Below, in pieces: positions 23,260-32,822 of a stretch of DNA of 64,000 nt. Location of the stretch: assembly GCA_963845275.1 (NCBI GenBank), contig CAWJRR010000003.1:77634-141633 (forward strand), given 5' to 3'. This DNA is from Candidatus Bathyarchaeota archaeon. Lineage in GTDB: Archaea; Thermoproteota; Bathyarchaeia; 40CM-2-53-6. The stretch's first letter is position 1, and each line of letters starts with the position of its first letter. The notes under the pieces are model-generated. The model made no database searches and had not been told where the DNA came from. It saw nothing but the letters and a program-made list of their open reading frames with translations. The position numbers were made by a program, and so were the translations under genes.

Positions 23260-25422
23260 TTACGGATACAATGCTGCTGCGCTAGTCATGTAGACCCATA
23301 AGCCTTGTCCAGGTTGAATGGTCGTAGTGCTGGTCGCTCGAGTCCATGTCTGCCGGGTATTGTCGTAGATCCAGACATTGTTCGGGTCGTACTTAGCATT
23401 GATGCTGTTTAAGTAACCGCCTGTGCTAGGGAGGGCGTTCACCTGTTCTTGGCCCACCGTTGGTTGAGGTTTGAAGCCGATCAGGTTCCAACCGAGGGTC
23501 AGCGAGTAGCTGGGTGGACCTGCCGCTGGTGGAATCACGTAACCCGACACGTACAACATGTCGGGTCGAGTCATGTAAATCCAGTAACCGACTCCATCCT
23601 GCATAGTCGTCAGTCCACCTGAAAGAACTCCTGTGCTACTTAATGTCGCATACTTCCACGTACCAGCTTGGTACGTCCAGACCTTCGTGAAGTCTTTGGA
23701 ACCGATTAGATCTGCAAGCACTGTCTTGATCGCTGTGTTCGACGGAACGATTGGCAGGCTGATCAGATTCCAACCAGGAACTAGGCTGACATAGTAATTG
23801 GTCTGTGATAGGGCGCTTAGGTAGGTTTGGATGTCAGTTACAAAATGGGCAACGTCGAGTGTTCCCCAACCTGTTGTCAGGTCGTAGCCAGTTCCGGCAG
23901 AGAATCCTTCGAATGTCGACGTGGGCGGTAGGACGCCCGTGTTGTTGCCTTTTGTTATGTCATGGAACGAGTGGCTGTAAAGTGTGCTTTGGGCTAGGCT
24001 GTAGATTGCCGGGTTGATGAAGCCAGCAGGGCCTCCGTGGACCTGGTTCACTAATGCGACTATTGCAGCCATCGCTGGTGAGGCTGCGCTCGTGCCACCG
24101 AAAATCCACCAACCTTCGACGTCACTTGAGAAGGACAGATAGAGTAGTACGCCGCCGTCAACTGCCGCGTTAAATGAAACATCCGGATTCAACCTACCCG
24201 ACGCCGTCGCTGTTCCGCTAGGCAGCGTTGCAAAAGTGGCTGGCAAAGCTGACTGGTAGCCGGGCCTTCCGTAAAGAGTGCTCACTCCACCGCCGCTCGA
24301 AGAGCGATATCCAATGTAGTTGTATTCTTGCCAAGCACCTTCGCCTCCATAACCAGTGGGATTGCAGTCGGTGGGTAAGCCTGGCCAGTTGGAACTATTT
24401 GTGCATCCGAGGCTCCCAGCTTTCATTACAACTAGACCTGTGTTGCAGGTGCCTCCCGCGGCGCATGTCCAATATCCCCCCCATGCCGGACGATATTGGC
24501 CATTATATGGCAAGCCTTGCGTGCCGCCGACGGCTAGGTTGTACGGATTCGTTGCTGGCCAACTTGGAGTCAGCTCACTAGTTCCCACGTACGAGTAAGC
24601 CTCGTTTGCGCCATCGTCACCAGTCGAAGCCAACACAGTCCACTGGTTGAGAGTCGCATTCCGGTATATGTCGTCAGCTATCGCTTTGATAGTGGGATCG
24701 CGATTGGTACATGGATAGTTGTCGCAGCCGACCAGATCATCCGGTTGGCCGAAGCTCTGTGACATTATGCTGCCCCTAAGACTTGGCTGCGTAACAACCG
24801 CGAGCTCAGCAGCGTGAAAGCTCGTCCACATATCGTCATTGGAAATGACGAAGACTATGTTTGCGCCAGGAGCAAGCGCATGGGCCATTGTTACGTCAAG
24901 TGTAGTTTCCTCTGCCCATCCCACTTGGTCTCCATTGGTAGCGTCGAACACGGGGCAACTGTCTAAAGTAGCGTTACCCGTCCAAGTTGGACCGCAGAGT
25001 ATCTTGAAACTGGGGGGTGCAGATATGCTAAAGCTTCCATCGAAAATAGCCAAGTCGCTTTGTATTGTCGGGCTGCCAAAAGCGTCTACTATGATAATTG
25101 TTTGACCAGTTCCGTCGATCGCGCCGGATCCAGTGCTGCCCGGAAAGTCGTAGGCCGTCCTTAGGAAGTTGGGGGGGTAACACAATATGGTGCCCCCACC
25201 TGACAATTGGCAGAATGGAGCTCCGCCGGTCGGCGTAGCTGGGTTGAATATGCTTGACGGATTAAACGACGAGATCAATCTAGCATGTGGTGGCTGGGCG
25301 ATGACGTTTCCATGCCACGTCGAAGGTGTTTGCGCTTGTACGTGAATTAAGCTGAATGCGTTCGATGTGCTCGCTATGATTAGTAATCCTATTGCGATTA
25401 TTGTTACCAGAAATTTTTTCAT
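23260..25422 (-). CDS. Secreted S53 peptidase with a C-terminal GWNLI-repeat domain
   Basis: EETTLD (Glu/Asp), STGDDG (oxyanion Asp), GGTSAASP (Ser) and GYDLTTGWG (Ca site) motifs; C-terminal LVPGWNLISLP / LTLGWNLIGF. Confidence 0.93.
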   Translation of the reverse strand: MKKFLVTIIAIGLLIIASTSNAFSLIHVQAQTPSTWHGNVIAQPPHARLISSFNPSSIFNPATPTGGAPFCQLSGGGTILCYPPNFLRTAYDFPGSTGSGAIDGTGQTIIIVDAFGSPTIQSDLAIFDGSFSISAPPSFKILCGPTWTGNATLDSCPVFDATNGDQVGWAEETTLDVTMAHALAPGANIVFVISNDDMWTSFHAAELAVVTQPSLRGSIMSQSFGQPDDLVGCDNYPCTNRDPTIKAIADDIYRNATLNQWTVLASTGDDGANEAYSYVGTSELTPSWPATNPYNLAVGGTQGLPYNGQYRPAWGGYWTCAAGGTCNTGLVVMKAGSLGCTNSSNWPGLPTDCNPTGYGGEGAWQEYNYIGYRSSSGGGVSTLYGRPGYQSALPATFATLPSGTATASGRLNPDVSFNAAVDGGVLLYLSFSSDVEGWWIFGGTSAASPAMAAIVALVNQVHGGPAGFINPAIYSLAQSTLYSHSFHDITKGNNTGVLPPTSTFEGFSAGTGYDLTTGWGTLDVAHFVTDIQTYLSALSQTNYYVSLVPGWNLISLPIVPSNTAIKTVLADLIGSKDFTKVWTYQAGTWKYATLSSTGVLSGGLTTMQDGVGYWIYMTRPDMLYVSGYVIPPAAGPPSYSLTLGWNLIGFKPQPTVGQEQVNALPSTGGYLNSINAKYDPNNVWIYDNTRQTWTRATSTTTIQPGQGLWVYMTSAAALYP

Positions 25423-25461
25423 TGGGCTCTAAACCCAATCAAACGTCTTCGGCGATTGACG

Positions 25462-25535
25462 ATACTTAACAATACTAAACACAATACTTAACACAAGACC
25501 GTAGCACAACGTAATACTTAACACGATACTTGACA
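25462..25535. repeat. Five copies of ATACTTAACA in a divergent promoter region
   Basis: Copies at 25462, 25472, 25484, 25514 and 25526 (0-1 mismatch). Confidence 0.8.
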
Positions 25536-25673
25536 GCTAAAGTCAGGTACGAATGCATTTTTATTCACGAAAACTATCAAGCTGTTCTAAAGACTAGGCT
25601 TAACAGACTTTCGTCCTATTCACTACTGGAGATAAACGGGTTGCCTAGACGTACCTCGTGCGTCCCACCTGTT

Positions 25674-26213
25674 ATGAGAGCATGGCTAGTCGTGGCGTTC
25701 GCAGTGGTGTTGGTTGCCCCAGCAGTCTTCGGATCTGTTCCGTTTGAGAATCATCAATGCAGTCTGCTAGTGCTGCGTTCGGACAAGGACGCTTACTCAG
25801 TCGGAGAATCTGTGAACATAACGGTGAGCTACGCTCCGGTCCTTCTAGGCTGCGTTGAATCGATGATTGCCCACGATTACGTGATTAAAATTCAGATACT
25901 GAACAGCAGAGGAAACGAAGAGTATTCTTCCACACATGTCACGACAGGTAATCTTACGACCCATGAAACTTGGGTGCCAGCCAAAGAAGACAACTACACT
26001 ATCCTAGCGTCCTCTTGGCTGAGGCTGGCTGGAGGTCAATCGATGGTAAAGGAGTTGGAAGCGTCAAAGATGATTCAGGTCGAAGGCGCTTCGGAGTCAT
26101 TGACGCCTCCCTCGATTGGGTTGGGCGTAATCGTGATCCTTGTAGTTACAATGAGTTACTTCTTGTTCAGGCATGCCTCAAGCAAACGTCAGTCGTCACA
26201 ACAGCAGGCGTAA
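25674..26213 (+). CDS. Secreted Ig-like protein with C-terminal TM
   Basis: ATG 25674 gives signal peptide MRAWLVVAFAVVLV; SDKDAYSVGESVNITV motif; C-terminal TM. Confidence 0.7.
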   Translation: MRAWLVVAFAVVLVAPAVFGSVPFENHQCSLLVLRSDKDAYSVGESVNITVSYAPVLLGCVESMIAHDYVIKIQILNSRGNEEYSSTHVTTGNLTTHETWVPAKEDNYTILASSWLRLAGGQSMVKELEASKMIQVEGASESLTPPSIGLGVIVILVVTMSYFLFRHASSKRQSSQQQA

Positions 26214-26328
26214 GCTAGTACTTGCATTTTCCTCAAAGAGCCAAAGCTGCTTAGATAATCTCATCAAGTAATTAAAACGCACAAATTGTTAAGTAACCCT
26301 AGACGCGTTCCTCATTGCACGATGCAAC

Positions 26329-26916
26329 TTGAAAAATATAATCACAGTCGTGGCGCTCCTAGTAATCGCTGTTATCGGATTCTCGGCAACGAATTATTCG
26401 ATTAAGAATGCTTACGGGTTTGAACCGGCCGGGTTGGGTCCACCGATGGTGTTTTCTGGTAACGTGTACGTGAACGGACTTGCAGCTCCTGATGGGTTGA
26501 ATGTTACTGCTTGGGATAGCTCTGTTAGTTCTAGTCAGGCTGTTGGATCTGTTCTAACGAGCGATGGACAATACTCCAACTTGCTAGTGTGCGGGCAACC
26601 AAGTCAGAACTGCAATAACGGGGACACGATTACCTTCAAACTCAACAATCAACTCACCGCCAACACGACCGGAACATACAGTACAGGTGGAACACAAACA
26701 CTCAACCTCCACTTCACCGGTACCATATCGCAGGCGCAAGCCACAACAACGACCTCAGCACAAACCACTCCAGTTCAAACTACGCAATCCGCAACCCTGG
26801 TCACAGTAGTATCCACTGTTACTACGCCGGAGTATCAGGACTTCGCCATCATATCTCTTGCAGCACTCCTCATAACTCTGGGCATCATAGCGGTCAGAAA
26901 ACAGACAACAACATAG
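26329..26916 (+). CDS. Surface glycoprotein with a PEF-CTERM-like sorting signal
   Basis: Signal peptide, T-rich linker, then TPEY + TM + RK. Confidence 0.75.
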   Translation: MKNIITVVALLVIAVIGFSATNYSIKNAYGFEPAGLGPPMVFSGNVYVNGLAAPDGLNVTAWDSSVSSSQAVGSVLTSDGQYSNLLVCGQPSQNCNNGDTITFKLNNQLTANTTGTYSTGGTQTLNLHFTGTISQAQATTTTSAQTTPVQTTQSATLVTVVSTVTTPEYQDFAIISLAALLITLGIIAVRKQTTT

Positions 26917-26982
26917 AATAGACTCGTGAAGAGTAATTTTGCCAGGTTTCAACTATTTGTAGATCTGTGCTGACTTAGTCTG

Positions 26983-27100
26983 GGCATGCGCTGTGGATCC
27001 TGATTACTGCGCCAGCCACACTTACTATAGCAAGATCGTAGCCCAAGCAGTCAAGAAGGCACAACTCCGCACCAGTCTTTCCACACGCAAAGATTGAGCG
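26983..27100 (+). repeat. Degenerate copy of 30211-30297, followed by an inverted copy of 30353-30386
   Basis: Shared ccagccacactta...atcgtagcccaagc...agtcaagaaggcacaact; 27067-27095 is the exact reverse complement of 30358-30386. Confidence 0.85.
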
Positions 27101-27302
27101 TCCTTACTGTGACTATGATGGTCAAGAATCGTGGCGTCGGAGCTATAGAAACGCGGACAGATGCACGTTGCCGTCCTGTAAGTGTGAAAGGTAACGTTAG
27201 GCGTGAGATGGTCGTGAGAGGGGCAGAATCCAGCGTGAATTGGTTGGGTTTGGACAAGAAATGTAACAAAAGCGAGAAATTCCAAAATCAATCAGGGCCA
27301 GA

Positions 27303-30256
27303 TTGTTCGCTTTGTCTCTGAGAGTTCTCTCCGCAATTCTCTTAATCATTGGCGTTCTTAGCCAGTCGTATCTGGGCACAATCATCGTTCAAGGCAGGTC
27401 GCTGACTTGTCCTTCTGGTCAGACAAGTCCACAATCCGCTAAGATGTACGCGTTTACCTCTGATCCACAAACATGGATCAGAACCTATGGTGGATCAGAG
27501 TTTGAAGCAACTGACGATCTAATCGTCACTAATGATGGGGGATACGCTGAGCTTGCTTACACGAGTTCGTTCGGTGCTGGGGGTTTGACATTTGGGTCTT
27601 GAAGCTCGACAATGCGGGGAATGTTGTTTGGCAAAACACCGCTGGCGGTACCGGGGACGATGTTGGAAGTTCAATTGTGCAGACCTCTGATGGAGGGTAC
27701 GTTATCGGTGGTTCGAGTAACTCTCCATGGTCCCTTGGAAGTTACGACGGATTTGTATTGAAGCTTGATGCCTCCGGGCACGTAGCGTGGACGCAGACAT
27801 ATGGTGGATCGGCTTATGACGAAATAAATGCGATCAGGCAGACCTCGGATGGTGGTTACATTGCTGTCGGCGATGCCAATTCAGACCTCTGGGTACTCAG
27901 GCTTGATAGCAGCGGAAATATACTTTGGCAGAAGGCAATGGGCGGCACCGGGAACGATTCAGCATATGATGTGCGAGCAACATCTGATGGAGGGTTCATT
28001 GTTGCAGGTGTGACATCTTCCTTCGGTGCTGGTGGTTCGGAACGTGGGTCATTAAACTGAATTCGAGCGGTGGGATTGTTTGGCAGAAAACCTACGGAGG
28101 GACAGGCGACGATGATGCAGAGTGGATTCAACAAACAAGTGATAATGGATATTTCGTTACAGGTCAAACAAGTTCATTCGGTAGCGGAAACGGTGACGCA
28201 TGGGTTCTGAAGCTCGACAGTAACGGAAACGTGGTTTGGCGAAAAACGTATGGAGGTTCGGGAACCGATTTTCTGCTATCAGCCCAACAGACTACAGACG
28301 GAGGGTACGTATTGGCTGGAAGAACCACTTCATTCGGAGCAGGAGCGCTTGATGGCTGGGTTATCAAACTTGATTCCTCCGGGAATGTCGCATGGCAAAG
28401 AACGTACGGAGGATCCAACGTGGACCGTCTTGCCATCGTGAGACAGACTGCTGATGACGGTTCGTAGTTTCGGGACGGACATCATCGTTCGGAACGGCTA
28501 GTGATGACCCGCACGCAGACTTATGGATGCTGAAACTCAACTCAGACGGGACCACCTGCATTCGAAGTGGAAGCGTTACCGCTCCAGGTCAGGATACGCA
28601 TGTGACAGTTCATCCTCGAGTGCGAGTGCCTATGGCCCTGATGAGGGAGAGAATCCCATTACGGGCATCTCACCATCGAGTACCTCTGCGACAGTAATTA
28701 CAGTGTGTACCGGACAGTCATCCGGACAGTCATCTATTGCGGTTCAGGCCAATTTCCAGACGAGACTGAACTTCCTGAAGAATCCGTTTGCGACCGTCGA
28801 GAGTGCAACTACATACATAACTAACTTCGACACTAGCAGTGGATTACCCACGGCTGATTTTGGAACCATACCAATCGCCCTGACAATCACCAATAAGGGT
28901 ACGATAGCTGCCCAGTACATAACCGCAGACGTTACACTCCAAGGACAATTGAGTCTTGATCAGCCTGATTCATTCTCAGGAACGATTGACCCCTCAAAGA
29001 CATATGACTATAACGATTCAAACTCGGGGCTTCCGATTGAATCATCGGTGATGACCTACTATTCAATCGGAGCTGGGCAGACTGTTTCTGCATTCGTCAA
29101 CGTTCCTGTTAGGCATGCGAGTGTTGCCGCTGGATACCTTAACCTGCCGCAGGCGTCAAACGTGCAACTTCTTCTTGAGACACTCTCCATATCCAAGGTT
29201 ACCATAGTCGTCCACTCAAACAATCTAGGTCAGGGATCGACAACAATCGACAACCCTGATGTCGTGATAGTAGAGGACCCTTGGGACATCCTCCGATCAT
29301 ACAAATCAGCCGTCGTCGGACTTATTCAAGACGCGGCTATGAAACAGGCCATAGAAACCTACGCGGACATTGTCGGCATCCCCTTGATTCCACCGGACAC
29401 TTACAAATCCCCAGAACACCCCTGAAACCATTTCTTTCACGATCGAGAACAACATTGCCCAGTACGCAAGTTACCTATTCATTGCAGGCTCCTATGTGGT
29501 TACGGCCTATTACCTAATTGTAGGAGTAGGGCTAGAGGCGATAACCGTGCCAGGCACACAACTAGCCCCTGGACGATGGGGGATAGCCTTGAACAATCCC
29601 CCTGCTGGACCCGCCCAGATCACTATTGATTCCACCTCCAGTTTAGCAATAGCGTCTGCATATCTGATTGATTACGAGAATTCGTCACCGGAGACAACCT
29701 AACTCTAACGGTTTATCTCGACCCACGCTCCCCTAACTCGCAGGTTCTTGGCGTTCCGCTCCAAACCGGTTCAATTCTATCTCATTGCCAATCGTCCCGA
29801 ACAATAATGCAATATCCAGTGTTCTCGCATCACAAATATCGTCAAAGACCGTAGGCGCGGTGTGGGGTTACACTGGAACACCACCGCATGGAAGTACTTC
29901 ACGCCGGGAAAGTCTAGCACGCTAGCAACTATGGTTGACGGTACTGGTTATTGGATATACATGACGAAAGCGAATGTTCTCCATGTTAACGGCACGATAA
30001 TTCCAACCGGTCTAACTCCCCCAACCTACTCACTGGTTGCCGGCTGAACCTTGTCGGCTTCAAACCTCAACCAGACATTGCCAACGAAACAGTAGGTGCT
30101 TATCTGACAAGTGTTACAGGAAAATACGATCCTACTAGCGTATGGGTCTATGATAATACAAGTCAATCTTGGATTCGAGCAGACTCATCCTAAGTGCTTC
30201 AGCCCGGACAGGGAATGTGGATTCTCATGACTGCACCAGCCACACTTAGACCATAG
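27303..30256 (+). pseudogene. Large secreted beta-propeller-repeat protein with a C-terminal GWNL domain; many frameshifts
   Basis: Repeats WxKTYGG.G.D...QTSDGGY..AG.T.SFGAG..D.WVLKLDSxGNVVW; C-terminus DGTGYWIYMT...GFKPQP...QPGQGMWILMT matches the C-terminus of the S53 peptidase. Confidence 0.75.
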
Positions 30257-30403
30257 CAATCGTAGCCCAAGCTTCAAGTAGTCAAGAAGGCACAACTATC
30301 AAGGTGTCAATTTCACTACAAATTGCGGAGGATATTGAACTCCCGATCTATTCGCTGAATCTTTGCGTGTGGAAAGACTGGTGCGGTGAACCAGCTTTGA
30401 AGC

Positions 30404-30447
30404 AAATGGCGTCATCGATTTAACGCCTTAAATCGACATCGGTTTAA
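30404..30447. repeat. Second palindrome pair (TCGATTTAA-CGCC-TTAAATCGACATCGGTTTAA)
   Basis: Matches 19614-19657, including the 24-bp period. Confidence 0.75.
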
Positions 30448-30507
30448 GTCCACGCTCGCAACAAATTCGAGTACAAACAGCGAATTATTTGCCAGCCTCT
30501 ATTATCG

Positions 30508-30612
30508 TGGAGCCCCGGGCGGGGTTTGAACCCGCGACCTTCGCCTCTTCGATCTACGCGCTACCAAGGCGGCGCTCTTGGCAGATTTTCTACCAGGCTG
30601 AGCCACCGGGGC
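30508..30612 (-). tRNA. tRNA-Thr(GGT) with two introns (30577-30589 at ~22/23; 30547-30561 at 37/38) and encoded CCA
   Basis: GCCCCGG/CCGGGGC acceptor, U73-CCA, GCGGG-TTCAAAC-CCCGC T arm, CCGCC-TT-GGT-AA-GGCGA anticodon arm after splicing. Confidence 0.9.
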
Positions 30613-30671
30613 AATGAACGGCAGCGATACGGGAAATCCTGATCTTTAACCTTGATGCCTTGTACCCTTGA

Positions 30672-31599
30672 CTATAGTTCCTTTGCCGTCTTCGTCGTTG
30701 TCGATATACTCCATATCGCGTGTGACTTCCCTCGAAGAAGATCAACGCCTGCAAAAAAGTGTGCGGCCAGTTCAAGCAGCACTGTAGAGAGACCGCTTCG
30801 AACGCTGCCGTGTAACGCGAAGTATTCAACGAGAATTCGGAGAGTCACGACGGGTCGAACCAGCGCGGAGTAGAACAGGAACTGTGAAAAGTGCCCTGTT
30901 ATATCATGGACTTGATAATGTCCCGCTATAATTCGCCTTCTCTGCTGAATATAGTCTCCAACCGTTTGGGGACCCAGCACACCTACTTGTGATTGTCGCG
31001 TGTACTTGATTTTGTAACCGAGACTCTTCGTCCTGACTGCAATGTACGCATCGTCATTCACCAGATCAGATGGAATTCCTGTTACGAGTCCTCTTCTGAG
31101 GCAGAAAATCTCGCTCGCATGCATCAACAATCCAGCATCATTTAGCTTCTCTAACTGCCAATTATGAAACCCCCATAGCGTATCGACGATACCTCGGATC
31201 AACGGGCGGCCTCTCCGTACGGGAACCGGTTGGCCGCATGAAATACCTACCGTAGAGTCAGCCATTGGTTTGAGCAGTGCGATCAAACAGTTGGGTTGAG
31301 GGATGACGTCGGCTGAAAGAAATGCAATGATTTCCCCTTTTGCCTTGGCAAGAATCAAGTTGACGGCAGACGCTTTCCCCAGTCTAGTGGGCTCTTCAAC
31401 TAGTCTCACTCGTTTGTCTCGCGCCGCGAACTCCTTTACGATATCCGGCGTAGAATCATGGCAGCCTGAACAAACGACGATTACTTCCGAATCACTGGGG
31501 AATTCCTTGCTCCAGAGTGATGTTTCTGAGTAATCCTCGCATGTTCCACGCTTCGTTGTACGCGCAAATTCCAACAGTCAGCACCGTCAAGGCCTTCAC
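30672..31599 (-). CDS. Glycosyltransferase family 2, frameshift near 31505
   Basis: TVGICAYNE in the upstream frame, then SGCHDST, GKASAVN, SADV, VNDD and QRRR. Confidence 0.85.
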
Positions 31600-31600
31600 G

Positions 31601-32560
31601 CTATTGCTGTTCCTGCCAGAGCTGCCGAAGCCACCTATAGAAGTTGGACGTGTAAACACAAGAATTCCTAGAAAGGAGAGGATCAAACAGCCGCATGCGC
31701 TGCCCGTGCGATTGCAATTTAAGGTTCGTCAAATATGCACGAAGTCGAAGATACCGACTTAGCATTAAAAACGCGAATGCATCTGCCCAATCAAGAACGA
31801 TAGGAATTTCCGGCGTTCTATCCATTTTTCGATCGGAGCTTGGGAGACTTTTCAGCTTAGCTTGGTAAGAAGCCGCATGCAACTGCTGTACCCAACCATT
31901 CTCCTCTAATAATCGTCGATAATGGCTCTTTCCTACAAGTGGAACAGCTTTGAGAAGCTCACGAGCGAATAGTGGGTTAACACTTTTGCGTGTTTCATTT
32001 CGAAACCCGTGCTCATCGTGTACGTAGCTCATGCAGAACGGCAGAAGATGTGTGGGCTGGACGCGCAGCGTTTTGAATACTCGCACGAGAACCAACGCAA
32101 AAAAGATTGAAAGCCACAATCGATTCCGTCTTGTAATGATGAAGAGGTCAATGTCATCACGCTTCCCAGCACTCCCGTAGGCCACACTGCCAGTTACCGC
32201 TATCATCATAACCCATGGAATCAGTCGGGTCAAAGAAGAAGCAAATTCACCTGCAGACATCAGTTTCTGTGCAGAGATTGATTCCCGGATTAAACGAACG
32301 TGCGGATTCTGATCTGGTCTGGTTAACAGGCAATCATCTTCTATCTTGAATGGAACATCTTTGAAGTCACCATCGAGAATCATTTGACGCAGTTCATTTC
32401 CTGAAATGTCCGCTCCTGGCAAAAAGAAATCCGCAACCTCGTTCAAAGTGAATGGAAAATCAAGGTAGGATGACACCTGATATACAGTAACTAAGCTGCG
32501 GTGTAGATTCTCATCTACCGACTGTTTCATCGAAGCTTCCAACATTAACTCTCCATGCAC
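31601..32560 (-). CDS. Pol-beta superfamily nucleotidyltransferase domain protein
   Basis: VTGSVAYG....DDIDLFIIT motif. Confidence 0.8.
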   Translation of the reverse strand: MHGELMLEASMKQSVDENLHRSLVTVYQVSSYLDFPFTLNEVADFFLPGADISGNELRQMILDGDFKDVPFKIEDDCLLTRPDQNPHVRLIRESISAQKLMSAGEFASSLTRLIPWVMMIAVTGSVAYGSAGKRDDIDLFIITRRNRLWLSIFFALVLVRVFKTLRVQPTHLLPFCMSYVHDEHGFRNETRKSVNPLFARELLKAVPLVGKSHYRRLLEENGWVQQLHAASYQAKLKSLPSSDRKMDRTPEIPIVLDWADAFAFLMLSRYLRLRAYLTNLKLQSHGQRMRLFDPLLSRNSCVYTSNFYRWLRQLWQEQQ

Positions 32561-32582
32561 CTTCGAGCATTTGCTAAATGGC

Positions 32583-32660
32583 TACTACACGTGTAGTAAG
32601 TGATTGCGCTCCATATTTATCTATTTAGCTTACAATGCAAGTTTCGCTTACAATGCAAGC
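32583..32660. promoter_or_regulatory. Candidate operators in a divergent promoter
   Basis: Perfect 16-bp palindrome TACTACACGTGTAGTA (32583-32598); tandem quasi-palindromes GCTTACAATGCAAG at 32628 and 32646. Confidence 0.5.
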
Positions 32661-32822
32661 TATCAGTCAAACAAATGTTATCTTCCAATCCCGTAATACT
32701 CTCTACAAAATGAGGATACCGTAACCAGGAGAGCGGCCAAGAACAGCTTGAGGCGATGCATAAATCGTGAACAAACTTAACTCTCAGTCATTAATTCAAC
32801 TTTGAAACCTCCGGACTGATTC

